From: an uncultured Verrucomicrobiae bacterium | Lineage (GTDB): Bacteria > Verrucomicrobiota > Verrucomicrobiia > Chthoniobacterales > JAFAMB01 | Length of the DNA: 64,000 nt | Direction of reading: 5' to 3' | Assembly (NCBI GenBank): GCA_963813025.1 | Contig: CAWEXO010000011.1 | Location: forward strand, 256,001 to 320,000 | In this document: positions 1 through 12,636 of the stretch, piece after piece | How positions within the stretch are numbered: the stretch's first letter is position 1 | Layout of the letters: the number at the start of each line of letters is the position of its first letter | Notes under the pieces: model-generated | What the model was told of the DNA's origin: nothing | The model's input: only the letters and a program-made list of their open reading frames with translations | Databases searched by the model: none | Program-made: the position numbers and the translations under genes

Positions 1-718
1 CGGCCGCCAGGGTAGCTGCTTCTTCCTTGGCCGACTCGTGAGAAGCCGAGTAGATGGCATCGACCAGCTTCTGCAGGATAACCCGGATCGCCCGGATCGC
101 ATCATCGTTACCGGCAATCGGATAGGTAACCTTCTCAGGGTCCGCATTGGTGTCCACGACGGCGATCGTCGGTATCCGGAGCCGTTGCGCTTCCGCCACG
201 GCAATAGCCTCGCGAGTCGTATCAATGATGACCAAAACGTCGGGTAGGGAATCCATGGTCCGGATCCCTTCGAGATTCCTCCGCAGCTTTTCCGCCTCGC
301 GTCTTAAAGCCGAAAGCTCCTGTTTTCCCATCTTCGAGTACTCGGGCGATTGCTCGATCTGTTCGAGATAAGTCAGGCGTCCGACACTCTTGCGGATGGT
401 CGCGAGATTGGTCAGGGTACCACCAAGCCATCGCTGGTTGACATAAAACTGACCGCAAGCTTGCGCTGCTTCCTTAACCGCTTCCTGGGCCTGCTTTTTG
501 CAGCCAATGAATAACACTTTGCCGCCGTCTCGTGAAACCTGCGCCAGATAATCAGTGGCGGCTTGCAGTTGCTTGACGGTTTCGGACAAGTTGATGATGT
601 AAATGGAATTTCTCTGCTCGAAGATGAACGGTTTCATCTTTGGATTCCACCGTTTGGTCTGGTGCCCAAAATGAACTCCGGCTTCGAGGAGTTCGGTCAT
701 TAATTCCATTGAAGACAT
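1..718 (-). CDS. rpsB: 30S ribosomal protein S2 (3' end runs off window)
   Basis: Manual translation from ATG at 718: MSSMELMTELLEAGVHFGHQTKRWNPKMKPFIFE..., the classic S2 N-terminus. Frame stays open to the window edge. Not in the ORF track. Confidence 0.97.
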   Translation of the reverse strand, partial: MSSMELMTELLEAGVHFGHQTKRWNPKMKPFIFEQRNSIYIINLSETVKQLQAATDYLAQVSRDGGKVLFIGCKKQAQEAVKEAAQACGQFYVNQRWLGGTLTNLATIRKSVGRLTYLEQIEQSPEYSKMGKQELSALRREAEKLRRNLEGIRTMDSLPDVLVIIDTTREAIAVAEAQRLRIPTIAVVDTNADPEKVTYPIAGNDDAIRAIRVILQKLVDAIYSASHESAKEEAATLAA

Positions 719-866
719 AGCTATATCTGTGAGAACCGGAAGGCATTCAAATAGGCCTTCCGCGCGGAGCCGGAGACTATGCTGCAGGTGGCCCGCATCC
801 GCAAGGGAAAATCTCGGAGGTTAGCAGGGGCCGAGAGTCGAAAGATCATCTCGCAGCGTGTCTTTC

Positions 867-1011
867 GCCCTTGTTCCGGTAGGGCGAAAATTTATTCGAG
901 CCTCAGCGAGAACTTGTTTGAGCCGTCTGTAGCGTGGCCAGCTCCAGCGCCCGGCTCGAACGAGTCTTCGCCGAAGGCTCAGATGAATTCTCGCCCTACC
1001 GGAACAAGGGC
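867..1011. repeat. REP-doublet (REPIN-like) hairpin, about 60-bp imperfect inverted repeat
   Basis: 867-925 (GCCCTTGTTCCGGTAGGGCGAAAATTTATTCGAGCCTCAGCGAGAACTTGTTTGAGCCG) is the near reverse complement of 952-1011. Each arm contains GTAGGGCG. A partial third copy lies at 10139-10157. Confidence 0.7.
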
Positions 1012-1038
1012 TGGTGCCACGTTGCGAGACATGCTCGT

Positions 1039-1590
1039 TCATCCGTGGGTTTCGGCGTAACGGGCGAAGAGCCAGAGCACATCAGACAGTCGATTCAGAT
1101 ACCGGATAGCATCGGGGTTGACGTGTTCGGCACTGTCGGCCAGTGCCACGACCCGCCGCTCGGCTCGCCGGCAAGTGGTTCGAGCAACATCGAGCGTAGC
1201 GGACCCCAGCGTGTGACCGGGAGTCGCCCAATGTTTAAAAATGATGTGATGATTTTTCTCGAGATCATCCACAATCGCCGTGAGCCGGTCGACCATACCC
1301 GCAGCCACCAATTCATAGCCGTCCTTCTGGTATCGCTCGCGGTCCTCATCGGCGATCGCCAGTTCACCCATCAGGATGACCAGCTCTTTCTGGATGGAAA
1401 GAACCGCACTGCCGATGAGCGGTTCGCTGACAGTCGCCCGGACCATCCCCAAGGCCGCATTTAACTCGTCGACAGTACCGTAAGCTTCCACCCGGCGCTG
1501 TGTTTTCGGCACCCGCCGATTGTACATCAGCGCCGTCTGGCCGGCGTCACCGGTTTTCGTGGCAATTGACACCTTTTTTGGCAGAGCCAA
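1039..1590 (-). CDS. ATP:cob(I)alamin adenosyltransferase, PduO type
   Basis: Motifs TKTGDAGQT, RVEAYGTVDELNA, ARTTCRRAERR, YLNRLSDVLW. Confidence 0.93.
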   Translation of the reverse strand: MALPKKVSIATKTGDAGQTALMYNRRVPKTQRRVEAYGTVDELNAALGMVRATVSEPLIGSAVLSIQKELVILMGELAIADEDRERYQKDGYELVAAGMVDRLTAIVDDLEKNHHIIFKHWATPGHTLGSATLDVARTTCRRAERRVVALADSAEHVNPDAIRYLNRLSDVLWLFARYAETHG

Positions 1591-1613
1591 TGAACCGACG
1601 AGGGGCCTAATGC

Positions 1614-4600
1614 TTAGCCGACCGCCGGTTCCTCTTCCGGCAGCGGTGCTTCGGCAACAGGTTCTCCGGTCTCGACCATGCGAATGGCGCGGTGGTCGCT
1701 AAAACCGGTGCCCGCCGGGATGAGATGACCCATGATCACGTTTTCCTTGAAACCGCGCAGGTGATCAATTTTGCCGAGCGTGGCCGCTTCGGTCAGCACC
1801 CGGGTAGTATCCTGAAACGAGGCCGCAGAAATAAAGCTGTCCGTCTCGAGTGATGCTTTGGTTATACCCAAAAGTACCGGCACGGCTTCGGCCGGTTTAC
1901 CGCCTTGCTCGACTACTCGCCGATTCTCTTTTTCGAATTCGAGCCGGTCAATCTGGTCGCCCCACAACAGAACGGTATCGCCCGGTTCGGTGACTTTCAC
2001 CTTGCGGAGCATTTGCCGGACGATGATCTCGATGTGCTTGTCATTGATCTCGACACCCTGTAGCCGATAGACCTCCTGCACTTCATTGACCAGATGTTCC
2101 TGGAGATCCTGCGGTCCGCAAACTTCGAGAATTTCGTGCGGAACGATCGGACCCTCTGTCAGTTGGGAACCTTTTCGCACGAAATCGCCTTTGAAGACGA
2201 TGATATGCTTATTCAGAGGGATCAGGTGTTCTTCCTCCTGTCCAGTCGTCGGATCCCGCAGAATCAGTCGCCGCTTACCGCGAACCGTACCACCGAACTC
2301 AACGGTGCCATCGATTTTCGCAATTTCCGCTGCGTCTTTCGGGCGGCGTGCTTCGAACAGCTCGGCCACTCGAGGAAGACCACCCGTAATATCTTTTGTC
2401 TTGGCGATTTTCCGAGGCGTTTTCGCCAAGAGCGTTCCGGCGAGAACCTTCTTGCCTTCCTGAGCGACGATATGAGCTCCCGCAGGAATCGAATAGCTCG
2501 CCAGCACGGTGTGCGTCGGCGCTTTGCCATCCTCTACGATAACCACTTGCGGATGCAGATCTTCTTTGTGCTCGATCACCACTGTACCCAGTACACCGGT
2601 CGCTTCATCGATCTCGCGCTTCACCGTGACGCCCGGAATCATGTCCCGGAACTCAACGCGCCCCGTTTTCTCAGTCAGAATCGGAACGTTATAAGGATCC
2701 CACTGCACGAAGGTGTCGCCCTTCTTCACCGGCTGGCCGTCACCGACGGAAACCACTGAACCGACAACGACGTTATAGCGTTCGAGTTCGCGGCCATCCT
2801 TGGCGTGAACCGAGACTGAGCCGTTCTTGTTCAGCACGATGTAGTTGCCATCCACGGATTTGACGACCCTCAGTTCGTTAAAGTGAAGAGTCCCTTCGTT
2901 CTTTGCTTTGATGATCGGTTGCTTGAAAAGCTGCGTCGCCGTACCACCGATGTGGAAGGTACGCATGGTGAGCTGAGTGCCCGGCTCCCCGATGCTTTGC
3001 GCGGCGATGATACCGACTGCTTCCCCGAGCTTCACCATTTGCCCGGTAGCCAGGTTGCGTCCGTAGCAGCGCGCACAAACGCCCCGCTTCGACTCGCAGG
3101 TCAGGACCGACCGGATCTTAAGCTGCTCCACCCCGATATCCATAAGGGCCTGACCATGCGGCTCTTCGATCAGCTCGTTGACCTTAATGATATTCTTTTT
3201 CGTGACTGGATTGACAATCGTCTCACAACTGACGCGCCCGACAATCCTCGTCGCCAAGTCGACTACCTCATCGTCGCCTTCATAAATCGGGCGAACAACG
3301 ATGCCGTTGGCCGTACCGCAATCCGGCTCGACGATGATGACGTCCTGCGCCGCATCGACCAATTTCCGGGTCAGATAACCCGAGTCTGCCGTTTTCAAAG
3401 CGGTATCAGCCAGGCCTTTCCGGGCGCCGTGAGTGGAGATGAAATACTCCAGGACCGATAAACCTTCCCGAAAGTTGGAAGTGATGGGACGCTCAATGAT
3501 TTCCCCCGAAGGCTTCGCCATCAAACCGCGCATTCCGGCCAACTGTTTGACCTGTTGCCGATTGCCTCGAGCGCCCGAGTCCTGCATCAGATACACCGGG
3601 TTCAGCTCGCGCCGTCCTTCGTTATACTCCAGTGTACGGAACATCACGTTGGAGATCTCCTCACCGGCGTGAGTCCAGATATCGATGATCTTGTTGTAAC
3701 GCTCGCCGTCGGTGATGATACCGCTGCGGTATTGACGCTCGACCAGGGAGATCTGCTTGTAGGCTTTATCCAGCTCGATCTTCTTTTCCTCCGGGATTAT
3801 CATGTCGGTAATGCCGATAGACACGCCCGCTTTCGTTGCCCAGTGGAAGCCGAGTTCCTTCAGTTTGTCCAGTGTCTCGACGGTACCGCTCTGGCCGGCT
3901 ACCTGGTAAGTACGCCAAATGATGTCGCTCAGCTGTTTCTTGCCGGCCACTTTGTTGAAATAACCAAGCTGCGCCGGCCAGATCCCGTTGAATACCACTC
4001 GGCCCGCAGTCGTTTCGAGCGTTTTGTTCTCAGAATTTCCGTAGATCGTCTGCCGGCCAAAATCCGGATTCCGGAAACGAATCCGGTCATGAACACGAAT
4101 AGCGCCTTCGGTTAGAGCAAACTCCAGCTCCGTCGCATTTGCGAAGAGCCGCAAGCGCTCCTCGTTCTGGGCGCCCTTGCGCGGATTTTGGGTAAGATAG
4201 TAGCAGCCAAGCACGATATCCTGGGACGGAGTCGTAATTGGTTTGCCGCTCGAAGGTGAAAAGATGTTGTTTGGCGCCAGCATCAGGAGGCGAGCCTCCA
4301 TTTGCGCTTCCACCGATAGAGGGACGTGGACGGCCATCTGGTCGCCATCGAAGTCAGCATTGTAGGCGGTGCAGACCAGGGGATGGACCCGGATTGCTTC
4401 ACCTTCGATCAGCATGGGCTCGAACGCCTGGATCGAAAGCCGGTGCAGAGTCGGCGCTCGATTCAGCAACACAGGGTGACCTCTGGTGACCTCATCGAGA
4501 ATGTCCCAGACCTCCGGTGTCTGGCGCTCTATCATCTTTTTGGCGCTCCGGACCGTGTGCACGTATCCCAGTTCCTTCAGACGGCGAATAATGAACGGCT

Positions 4601-5735
4601 CAAACAGGACGAGGGCCATCTTTTTCGGAAGCCCGCACTGGTGCAGTTTCAATTCCGGCCCAATGACAATCACCGATCGGCCGGAATAGTCGACCCGTTT
4701 ACCAAGAAGATTCTGGCGAAAGCGGCCGCCCTTGCCTTTCAGCATATCGCTGAGAGATTTCAGGGGACGGTTGCCGGCGCCGGTAACGGCGCGCCCATGC
4801 CGGCCGTTATCAAACAAGGCGTCGACCGCCTCCTGCAGCATGCGCTTCTCGTTCCGGATGATCACATCGGGAGTCTTCAGCTGGAGCAGGTTTTTCAACC
4901 GGTTATTTCGATTGATGACTCTCCGGTAGAGATCGTTTAGGTCAGAGGTCGCGAATCGGCCGCCTTCCAGCGGTACCAAAGGCCTCAGATCTGGCGGGAT
5001 CACCGGAAGAACATCCAGGATCATCCATTCCGGACGCGAATGCGAACTCATGAAACCCTGCACAAGCTTGAGGCGTTTGGCCAACTTCTTGCGAATTTGT
5101 TTGCTCTTGGTGTTGTTGATCGCTTCTTCGAGCTCGCGATTGAGCTGGTGTAATTCGGCCTGGGTAAGCAGCAGCCTGATCGCTTCGGCTCCCATGCCGG
5201 CGACAAACGTATCGCCATACTGCTCCTGCGCTTCGCGATATTCCTGCTCGTTGAGCAACTGGCATTTCTGCAGCGGCGTCTGGCCCGGATCGATGACGAT
5301 GTAATCCTCGTAATAGATCACTCGCTCAAGCTGCCGAGAGCTCATGTCGAGCATCAAGCCGATCCGCGAAGGCATACACTTGTAGAACCAGATGTGCGAG
5401 ACCGGCACGGCGAGTTCGATGTGACCCATCCGTTCCCGGCGGACCCGAGAGAGGGTGACTTCCACACCGCACCGATCGCAGATGACGCCCTTGTGTTTGA
5501 TGCGTTTGTATTTTCCACAGGAACATTCCCAGTCCCGGGTCGGTCCGAAGATACGTTCGCAGAATAGACCGCCTTTCTCTGGTTTGAATGTTCGGTAATT
5601 GATTGTTTCTGGATTTTTGACCTCGCCCTTACTCCAGGAACGAATGGCATCGGGAGAAGCGACACTGATTCCGACCTGGTCAAACCCGACGGAGCGTTCT
5701 TCACCGAAAATTTCGCGAAGATTGGTTTCGTTCAT
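1614..5735 (-). CDS. rpoC: DNA-directed RNA polymerase subunit beta'
   Basis: 1373 aa; NADFDGD catalytic motif; N-terminal zinc finger. Confidence 0.99.
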   Translation of the reverse strand: MNETNLREIFGEERSVGFDQVGISVASPDAIRSWSKGEVKNPETINYRTFKPEKGGLFCERIFGPTRDWECSCGKYKRIKHKGVICDRCGVEVTLSRVRRERMGHIELAVPVSHIWFYKCMPSRIGLMLDMSSRQLERVIYYEDYIVIDPGQTPLQKCQLLNEQEYREAQEQYGDTFVAGMGAEAIRLLLTQAELHQLNRELEEAINNTKSKQIRKKLAKRLKLVQGFMSSHSRPEWMILDVLPVIPPDLRPLVPLEGGRFATSDLNDLYRRVINRNNRLKNLLQLKTPDVIIRNEKRMLQEAVDALFDNGRHGRAVTGAGNRPLKSLSDMLKGKGGRFRQNLLGKRVDYSGRSVIVIGPELKLHQCGLPKKMALVLFEPFIIRRLKELGYVHTVRSAKKMIERQTPEVWDILDEVTRGHPVLLNRAPTLHRLSIQAFEPMLIEGEAIRVHPLVCTAYNADFDGDQMAVHVPLSVEAQMEARLLMLAPNNIFSPSSGKPITTPSQDIVLGCYYLTQNPRKGAQNEERLRLFANATELEFALTEGAIRVHDRIRFRNPDFGRQTIYGNSENKTLETTAGRVVFNGIWPAQLGYFNKVAGKKQLSDIIWRTYQVAGQSGTVETLDKLKELGFHWATKAGVSIGITDMIIPEEKKIELDKAYKQISLVERQYRSGIITDGERYNKIIDIWTHAGEEISNVMFRTLEYNEGRRELNPVYLMQDSGARGNRQQVKQLAGMRGLMAKPSGEIIERPITSNFREGLSVLEYFISTHGARKGLADTALKTADSGYLTRKLVDAAQDVIIVEPDCGTANGIVVRPIYEGDDEVVDLATRIVGRVSCETIVNPVTKKNIIKVNELIEEPHGQALMDIGVEQLKIRSVLTCESKRGVCARCYGRNLATGQMVKLGEAVGIIAAQSIGEPGTQLTMRTFHIGGTATQLFKQPIIKAKNEGTLHFNELRVVKSVDGNYIVLNKNGSVSVHAKDGRELERYNVVVGSVVSVGDGQPVKKGDTFVQWDPYNVPILTEKTGRVEFRDMIPGVTVKREIDEATGVLGTVVIEHKEDLHPQVVIVEDGKAPTHTVLASYSIPAGAHIVAQEGKKVLAGTLLAKTPRKIAKTKDITGGLPRVAELFEARRPKDAAEIAKIDGTVEFGGTVRGKRRLILRDPTTGQEEEHLIPLNKHIIVFKGDFVRKGSQLTEGPIVPHEILEVCGPQDLQEHLVNEVQEVYRLQGVEINDKHIEIIVRQMLRKVKVTEPGDTVLLWGDQIDRLEFEKENRRVVEQGGKPAEAVPVLLGITKASLETDSFISAASFQDTTRVLTEAATLGKIDHLRGFKENVIMGHLIPAGTGFSDHRAIRMVETGEPVAEAPLPEEEPAVG

Positions 5736-5851
5736 AATTCGCGGACTACTGGTTTATTAGAAAATTTTGCTGCAGCTCTCCCGTTTCCCGCCTGGCTGAA
5801 CAAAAGAATAACTGATTGGATTGTGATCATTGATTCGGGACCGGCCGAGGC

Positions 5852-8800
5852 CTACACGGCGGCGGCGGTCAACTCCAGAGAAGGATCAGGATAAGTTTGC
5901 GGTCGCCCCCCAACCTTTACGTCGAGGCCGAGGCTTTGCATTTCCTTGATCAAAACGTTGAAAGACTCCGGCGTACCCGCCTCCAGCGAGTTATCGCCTT
6001 TCACGATCGATTCGTAGATCCGGGTGCGGCCTTGCACATCATCGGATTTAACCGTCAGCAACTCTTGCAAGGTATAGGCCGCACCATAGGCTTCCAGAGC
6101 CCAGACCTCCATTTCCCCAAATCGTTGACCCCCATATTGGGCTTTGCCGCCCAGTGGTTGCTGCGTGACCAGCGAGTAAGGTCCCACCGCACGCGCGTGA
6201 ATCTTGTCCGCGACCAAGTGGCCAAGCTTCAGCATATAAATATAGCCCACCACGACGTTCTGATCGAACGGCTCGCCGGTACGGCCGTCACGCAACTCCG
6301 ACTTGCCGTTCTCGTTGACCCAGGCGAACCCACTCTTCTTCTTCGCCTCTGTCAGATACTTGCGAATCTCCGGTTCCTCAATTCCATCGAAGACCGGAGT
6401 GGCTACATTGAAGCCCAATGCCTTTGCCGCTACACCCAAGTGTGTTTCAAGGACTTGACCGACATTCATTCGGCTCGGCACTCCAAGCGGGTTCAGCACG
6501 ATCTCAACCGGCGTACCATCACTGAGGAATGGCATGTCCTCTTCCGCCACGATTTTCGCAACCACGCCCTTGTTGCCATGCCGGCCTGCCATCTTGTCGC
6601 CGACACTCAATTTGCGTTTGCTCGCAATGTAAACTTTGACCTGTTTGATAATCCCCGGATCAATGTCATCGCCGCTCTCGATTCGATCCAGAGAGCGTTC
6701 TTTCTCGAGATCGAGCTCGGCAAACTTGTGTTCGAACTGGCTGATGATCTCCCGAATCTTGTTACGGATCGGACTCGGATCGATGTCGATATGGTCGTAT
6801 ACTCCGGCCAGTTTTCGCAGGAGTGTCTTGGTGATCTTGCGGTTGGCCGGAATGATGATTTCGCCGGTCTCGGCGTTCACCACATCGAGCGGAATCTTTT
6901 CGCCGAGAAGAACGTTGGAAAGAGCCTCCGTGAGTTCTTCGTGCAACTCTTCCTTCCTTTGACGGTAATCTTCGGAAATTTGTTTCGCCTGGCGCTTGGT
7001 CTCCGCTGGAGTCAGTTTTTGCTTCTGGACTTCTTTGCGTGAAGAGACCTTGACATCCATCACAATACCGTACGTACCGGAAGGCACGGTCAGCGAAGTG
7101 TCTTTGACGTCGGCGGCCTTCTCACCAAAGATCGCTCGCAACAGACGTTCTTCCGGCGCTAGCTCGGTTTCGCTTTTCGGAGTAATTTTACCGACCAAAA
7201 TATCCCCCGGCTTCACCTCTGCACCGACCCGAATCACGCCGTCCGGACTGAGATTACGCAAAGCCTCTTCGCTGACATTCGGGATATCACGCGTGATTTC
7301 TTCTGGCCCGAGCTTGGTATCACGCGCCCCGATTTCAAACTCATCAATGTGGATGGAAGTATAGATATCCTCCTTGACCACTTTTTCCGAGATCAGGATG
7401 GCGTCTTCAAAGTTGTAGCCATTCCAGGGCATGAACGCGACGAGAACGTTTCGGCCGAGCGCCAACTCACCGTTCTCGGTATTCGGCCCATCCGCGATTA
7501 CCTGCCCGGCCTCGATCTTTTCGCCCTTCCGTACGATCGGCTTCTGGTTGATGCAAGTCCCCGCGTTTGACCGCATGAACTTACGCAATTCGTAGACAAA
7601 GCAGCCGGCTTCGGGCCGGCTGACCAGCCGGCGTTTGCTGTCGGGCGCTTTGCCGTCCTTGGTGACAATGATGTGCTCGGCGCTCACCGAGGCAACAATC
7701 CCGTCCGCCTCGGCCACAATAACCGCTCGAGAATCGCGCGCGACTTTTCCTTCTAATCCGGTTCCGACCAGCGGGGCCTCCGATCGAATCAGCGGGACGC
7801 CCTGACGCTGCATGTTCGAGCCCATTAAAGCACGGTTCGCATCGTCGTGTTCCAAAAAGGGAATCAGGCCCGCGGCCACTGAGACCAGTTGTTTCGGCGA
7901 GATATCCATGTAGTGGATCTTGTTCGGCTCGACTTCAAGAAAATCGCCGCGGTAACGGCAGGAAACCTTGACGTCGACGAAATGGCCGCGCGCATCCAAA
8001 GGGGCGTTGGCCTGCGCGACGAGATAATTCTCTTCGCGATCAGCCGTCAGAAATTCGATTTGATCAGTTACCCGCCCGTTCTCGACTCGGCGATAGGGTG
8101 TCTCGATAAACCCGAAATCGTTGATCCGCGCGAAGGTGCTCATCGAGCTGATCAGCCCAATATTCGGACCCTCCGGCGTCTCGATCGGGCAAATCCGCCC
8201 GTAGTGGGAGGGATGGACATCACGAACCTCGAATCCGGCGCGATCACGGCTCAATCCGCCTGGCCCGAGCGCAGACAGCCTGCGTTTGTGAGTGAGCTCG
8301 GCAAGCGGGTTGGTTTGATCCATAAACTGACTTAGCTGCGAACGTCCGAAGAAATCGCGGATCACCGCGCTCAAAGCCTTCGGGTTGATCAATTTCTGCG
8401 GAGTCATTCCGTCGATATTGACGTCAAAGAGAGTCATTCGCTCTTTTACCAGGCGTTCGGTCCTGGCCAAACCAACCCGGCACTGATTGGCGAGCAATTC
8501 ACCCACCGTCCGAACGCGGCGACTGCCCAGATGGTCGATATCGTCAAGCAGCCCTTCACCCTTGCGCAGGGTGACCAGATATTTCATCGCGCCGATAAAA
8601 TCCTCCTTGGTGAGGGTGCGCTCAGCCAGGTCAACGTCGATGCCCAGTTTTTGGTTGATCTTGTAGCGTCCCACTCGACCCAGGTCGTACTTCTTCGGAT
8701 CGAAGAATAAGCGACGCAGCAAACCCCGCGCATTCGCCACGGTTGGCGGATCGCCCGGGCGCAAACGCCGGTAGATATCTTTGAGCGCCTCTTCCTCGTC

Positions 8801-9667
8801 GTGAGCTGGATCTTTCTTGAGGGATTTGATGATCGTATCATCATTTTTCGTGTCGACGACTTCTACCTCGGTGACTCCAAGACTGAGGATCTGCTGAATA
8901 GTTGCCTTGGTGAGGGGTTCAAAAGCTCGGGCCACGGTAATCTCGCCGTCTCGAACATCGCTGATCAGAACTTTGGTAGTCAGTTCCTCCTCTTCGAGAT
9001 CGTTGCGCAGCGGCAGCTTCTCGATGTTATAAAAAAGCCGGATGATTTCCGCGTCTGATCCATAGCCGATCGCCCGCAGGAAAGTTGTAGCGAGGAACTT
9101 CCGACGCCTTTTTCGCCGATCGAGGTAGATGTAAAGGAGATCGTTGGTATCGAACTGCACCTCAAGCCATGAGCCGCGATCCGGAATGATACGAAAGCTG
9201 TAAAGGACCTTCCCATTCAGGTGAATCGAGGACTCAAAGGCAATGCCGGGCGAGCGATGCAGCTGGCTGACAACGACCCGTTCGGCTCCGTTGATCACGA
9301 AGGTTCCCTGCGGAGTCATGAGCGGGATCTCGCCCATATACACCTTCTCCTCCTTAGTGCCTTTTTCGTCTTTCAACTGAAAGGTAACGTGCAAAGGAGC
9401 GCTCAAGGTCTGACCTTCCCGTTGACACTCCAGAGCGGACATTTTCGGGTCGCCGATGTCGTAGCTCACGAAATCGAGAACGACCTTGTCGTCGTAACTC
9501 TGAATTGGGAAAACCTCTCGAAAAACTGCTTGCAAGCCGACGCTCTTGCGTCTGCTTGGCGGGATATCCTTCTGAAGAAACTCGACGTAGGAGTTGAGCT
9601 GGACCTCAATCAGGTTTGGTGGCTCAACGGCTTCTTTAATCTTTCCGAAATAAATGCGCTCTGACAT
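5852..9667 (-). CDS. rpoB: DNA-directed RNA polymerase subunit beta
   Basis: 1271 aa; [28 protein letters not shown] and the Rif cluster [26 protein letters not shown]. Confidence 0.99.
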   Translation of the reverse strand: MSERIYFGKIKEAVEPPNLIEVQLNSYVEFLQKDIPPSRRKSVGLQAVFREVFPIQSYDDKVVLDFVSYDIGDPKMSALECQREGQTLSAPLHVTFQLKDEKGTKEEKVYMGEIPLMTPQGTFVINGAERVVVSQLHRSPGIAFESSIHLNGKVLYSFRIIPDRGSWLEVQFDTNDLLYIYLDRRKRRRKFLATTFLRAIGYGSDAEIIRLFYNIEKLPLRNDLEEEELTTKVLISDVRDGEITVARAFEPLTKATIQQILSLGVTEVEVVDTKNDDTIIKSLKKDPAHDEEEALKDIYRRLRPGDPPTVANARGLLRRLFFDPKKYDLGRVGRYKINQKLGIDVDLAERTLTKEDFIGAMKYLVTLRKGEGLLDDIDHLGSRRVRTVGELLANQCRVGLARTERLVKERMTLFDVNIDGMTPQKLINPKALSAVIRDFFGRSQLSQFMDQTNPLAELTHKRRLSALGPGGLSRDRAGFEVRDVHPSHYGRICPIETPEGPNIGLISSMSTFARINDFGFIETPYRRVENGRVTDQIEFLTADREENYLVAQANAPLDARGHFVDVKVSCRYRGDFLEVEPNKIHYMDISPKQLVSVAAGLIPFLEHDDANRALMGSNMQRQGVPLIRSEAPLVGTGLEGKVARDSRAVIVAEADGIVASVSAEHIIVTKDGKAPDSKRRLVSRPEAGCFVYELRKFMRSNAGTCINQKPIVRKGEKIEAGQVIADGPNTENGELALGRNVLVAFMPWNGYNFEDAILISEKVVKEDIYTSIHIDEFEIGARDTKLGPEEITRDIPNVSEEALRNLSPDGVIRVGAEVKPGDILVGKITPKSETELAPEERLLRAIFGEKAADVKDTSLTVPSGTYGIVMDVKVSSRKEVQKQKLTPAETKRQAKQISEDYRQRKEELHEELTEALSNVLLGEKIPLDVVNAETGEIIIPANRKITKTLLRKLAGVYDHIDIDPSPIRNKIREIISQFEHKFAELDLEKERSLDRIESGDDIDPGIIKQVKVYIASKRKLSVGDKMAGRHGNKGVVAKIVAEEDMPFLSDGTPVEIVLNPLGVPSRMNVGQVLETHLGVAAKALGFNVATPVFDGIEEPEIRKYLTEAKKKSGFAWVNENGKSELRDGRTGEPFDQNVVVGYIYMLKLGHLVADKIHARAVGPYSLVTQQPLGGKAQYGGQRFGEMEVWALEAYGAAYTLQELLTVKSDDVQGRTRIYESIVKGDNSLEAGTPESFNVLIKEMQSLGLDVKVGGRPQTYPDPSLELTAAAV

Positions 9668-9881
9668 ACGAGATCGTTAATCTAAGCCGAACCGGCACTT
9701 GCTCGTCGAAACCTGGGGAACGCCTACCTGTGGAGGTGGGATTTCAACAGCAAAGGGGAACAGAAGTAGCCCCAGTCACATGGCTTGTCAAATAAGCCAC
9801 GCAAAAGGAGCCGACAAACTAAAACGTTGTTGTTAAACGTGCGAGCGATATCTCGAGTTCCCCCGCGGATAACGGAAAGGC

Positions 9882-9909
9882 ACTCTAGCAGGGAAAAACG
9901 GAGACGCAA
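9882..9909 (-). promoter_or_regulatory. putative sigma70 promoter for rpoBC
   Basis: Minus strand TTGCGT-16 nt-TAGAGT with extended -10 TG, about 215 nt upstream of rpoB and downstream of the rplL terminator. Confidence 0.5.
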
Positions 9910-10218
9910 GGGGATTGTGAGGAGTCACATGGAGTCGACCAGTAGAGATTGAGCTTCCGACTACGGACAAGCCTTCGTCGCGGCCCGGACATGGAATGGC
10001 ACAAACGCTTGACCGGAGGGCGCGCCGTAACCGTGCGAAGGCGGCCTGCTCGTCCAGATCGAGACGTAATCCAATGCTAGGAGGTCAAGCGGGAGCTTGC
10101 ACCTACCGACCTTGGGGTGTTGCGAGATAATCGCTAGATTTTCGACCTACCGGAACAGCACGCCACCCGGGTCAGCCTTATCCACTCCGGGGTGAACCGG
10201 ACCTTTCCTGGACTCCTG

Positions 10219-10250
10219 AAAAAAAGGCGCTCGCACAGAGCGAGCGCCTT
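10219..10250 (-). terminator. Rho-independent terminator after rplL
   Basis: Minus strand AAGGCGCTCGC-TCTGT-GCGAGCGCC-TTTTTTT. Confidence 0.85.
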
Positions 10251-10275
10251 GCAAGGTTCGATTTGGAGCAATGGT

Positions 10276-10659
10276 CTACTTGACCTCGACTTTCGCGCCG
10301 GCCGACTCAATCTTTTTCTTGATCTCGGCCGCTTCTTCTTTGGTGACTCCTTCCTTGACGGGTTTCGGAGCTCCTTCAACAAGCGCTTTCGCCTCCGCCA
10401 AGCCTAACCCGGATACGGATGCGCGCACTTCTTTGATGACCGCGATTTTGTTGGGGCCAACCTCCGTCAAAACGACATCGAATGTCGTCTTCTCTTCCGC
10501 CACAGGCGCCGCCGCGCCAGCCGCAGCCGGGGCAGCCGCCACGGCTACCGGCGCAGCCGCGCTGACTCCCCATTTTTCCTCCAACTTTTTGACCAGGTCG
10601 GCGATCTCCAAAACGGTGAGGCCGCTTAGCTGGTCTACTAATTGTGTTGTATCTGCCAT
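10276..10659 (-). CDS. rplL: 50S ribosomal protein L7/L12
   Basis: [36 protein letters not shown]...GAKVEVK. Start placed at ATG 10659, which has an upstream GAGG RBS, rather than at 10815. Confidence 0.98.
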   Translation of the reverse strand: MADTTQLVDQLSGLTVLEIADLVKKLEEKWGVSAAAPVAVAAAPAAAGAAAPVAEEKTTFDVVLTEVGPNKIAVIKEVRASVSGLGLAEAKALVEGAPKPVKEGVTKEEAAEIKKKIESAGAKVEVK

Positions 10660-10865
10660 GTTTTCCTCTTGCTTGGTATCGTCGCGCTCGGAAGCCTCAC
10701 GAGCATTTAAGAACCGGCAGCCGCCGGTCCCGACGAGGAACCGGTTTTTTTTTTGCGATTTTCGCTCTGCGCGGCTTCCATCGCAGAGCGATGATGTGCC
10801 ATCCGACTGGAACAAACCTTCGAGGCACGGAAATCCGCTCCCGCAGGCTTGACCTTGGGACGACG

Positions 10866-11393
10866 TTAAATGTCCTTTTGCTCGCCTCCTTGGTCTAGTT
10901 TTGCCTGGAGGATTCGGGCCAGAGATGCGCCCGGTTCGCCGAACACGCGCATGAGTTTTTGCAGGGGAGCGGTAAAGACGCCGAGCAACTGCGCTCGGAG
11001 GACATCTTTGCTCGGCAAATCAGCCAAGGCCTGAATCTGTTCCTTTGAGATGACGACGTGATCAAGCACTCCCAGCTTGACCGATGGCCTTTGGAACTCA
11101 GCCGAGAAGCTCTTCAGAACTTTCGCGGCCGCGCAAACATCACTCGTCCCCAAGACAATCGCAGTCTGTCCGGCCAAGCTGGATCCCAGGTCAGGAAACC
11201 CCACTTCAACCGCGGCTTTTTTTAGAAAGGTATTCTTAACTACCCGGCAGTGGGCTCCGACACCTGCCAGGCGAGTTCGCAATTCTGACAGCTGGCCCAC
11301 GTTCATGCCCGTGTACTCGGTTACAATCAAAAAGGGCGACGCGTTCAAGCGCGATGTCAGTTCTTCGACGATGGAAGTCTTTTCAGCTCTCAT
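10866..11393 (-). CDS. rplJ: 50S ribosomal protein L10
   Basis: VVKNTF and [16 protein letters not shown] motifs; operon position. Confidence 0.96.
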   Translation of the reverse strand: MRAEKTSIVEELTSRLNASPFLIVTEYTGMNVGQLSELRTRLAGVGAHCRVVKNTFLKKAAVEVGFPDLGSSLAGQTAIVLGTSDVCAAAKVLKSFSAEFQRPSVKLGVLDHVVISKEQIQALADLPSKDVLRAQLLGVFTAPLQKLMRVFGEPGASLARILQAKLDQGGEQKDI

Positions 11394-11406
11394 TTTTAGC
11401 TCCGGA

Positions 11407-12108
11407 TTACTTGGAATAGGGTCCAGCGTCGATTTTGATTCCCGGACTCATCGTCGCGCTGAGAGTGATGGATTGAAGAAACCGGCCCTTCGCGGAGGGC
11501 GGCCGGGATTTGGCGACGGCATCGATCACCGCCGTTCCATTTTCGACGAGAGCCTGCGGCTCAAAGGAGAACTTGCCAACCGGCACAGCGACATTGCCGT
11601 TCTTATCAAGCTTGAATTCCACCCGGCCCGCCTTGACTTCGCGGACTGCCTTAGCAGTGTCGTCGGTCACCGTACCGGTTTTCGGGTTGGGCATCAATCC
11701 GCGCGGACCCAGGACTTTGCCGAGCTTCCGAACCTCGGACATCGCCGATGGCGTCGCGATGGCCACATCGAAATCCTGAAAACCTTCCTGGCACTTCTTG
11801 ATGAGGTCCTCAAAGCCGACGTACTCAGCGCCGGCTTCCCGAGCGGTTTCCGCGGCTTGCCCTTGCGCAAAAACAAGCACTCGAACCTTTTTGCCGCTGC
11901 CATGCGGCAAAGGACAAGTGCCGCGGACCATCTGATCAGACTGCCGGGGATCAACCCCTAGCTTGAAGGAGAGCGTGACAGTTTGGTCAAATTTTGTCGC
12001 GGGAATCAGTTTCAAGGCTCCAATCCCTTCCTGGAGCGAGAAAGATCTGCTGAGGTCGACCAGCGCCAAGCTGGCTCGATAACGTTTACTGCGTTTTTTT
12101 GTCTTCAT
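11407..12108 (-). CDS. rplA: 50S ribosomal protein L1
   Basis: [28 protein letters not shown]. Confidence 0.99.
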   Translation of the reverse strand: MKTKKRSKRYRASLALVDLSRSFSLQEGIGALKLIPATKFDQTVTLSFKLGVDPRQSDQMVRGTCPLPHGSGKKVRVLVFAQGQAAETAREAGAEYVGFEDLIKKCQEGFQDFDVAIATPSAMSEVRKLGKVLGPRGLMPNPKTGTVTDDTAKAVREVKAGRVEFKLDKNGNVAVPVGKFSFEPQALVENGTAVIDAVAKSRPPSAKGRFLQSITLSATMSPGIKIDAGPYSK

Positions 12109-12111
12109 ATT

Positions 12112-12148
12112 GTAGCAGTTCCAGCGATCCCGATGGATCTCCTGCTGC
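12112..12148 (-). promoter_or_regulatory. putative L1-binding autoregulatory RNA between rplK and rplA
   Basis: Minus strand GCAGCAG-GAG-ATCC-ATCG-GGAT-CGCTGGAA-CTGCTAC: a stem with an asymmetric internal loop containing GGAG, immediately upstream of the rplA start, resembling the L1 target. Confidence 0.5.
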
Positions 12149-12171
12149 GGAATTCAGCCGAGACTTGATTT

Positions 12172-12597
12172 TCAATCAATGATCTCGATGCCCATTTGGC
12201 GAGCGGTCCCGGCCAGAGTGCGGAAGGCGGCGGCTTCCGAACCGGCGTTCATATCCTTGATTTTGACTTTGACGATCTCCATAACCTGTTTCTTGGTCAA
12301 TTGGCCAACCTTCCCTTTGTTCGGCTCTTTGGCGCCGGCCGCGATGTTAGCCGCTTTTTTCAGAAGAATCGCCGCCGGTGGCGCCTTCGTGATAAAAGTG
12401 AATGATTTGTCTTTATAGACGGTGATGACAACCGGGAGAATATCGCCAGCCTGTTTCTGCGTCGTCGCGTTAAACTCTTTGCAAAAGGCCATGATATTGA
12501 CGCCGTTCTGGCCTAGAGCAGGACCGACGGGCGGCGCCGGGTTTGCCTGTCCGGCAGGAATTTGCAGTTTGATCGTTGCGACAACTTCTTTCGCCAT
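12172..12597 (-). CDS. rplK: 50S ribosomal protein L11
   Basis: [21 protein letters not shown]. Confidence 0.99.
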   Translation of the reverse strand: MAKEVVATIKLQIPAGQANPAPPVGPALGQNGVNIMAFCKEFNATTQKQAGDILPVVITVYKDKSFTFITKAPPAAILLKKAANIAAGAKEPNKGKVGQLTKKQVMEIVKVKIKDMNAGSEAAAFRTLAGTARQMGIEIID

Positions 12598-12636
12598 AAA
12601 TTTGCGTAATCTCGCTAAATTTTCTTCTGCCGAGAA

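Noticed and set aside
821..1042. 73-aa ORF with an internal peptide repeat
   Set aside because: It is the translation of the palindromic REP doublet.
10660..10815. 52-aa N-terminal extension of L7/L12 in the ORF track
   Set aside because: The canonical start with an RBS is at 10659; the extension crosses a homopolymer and a hairpin.
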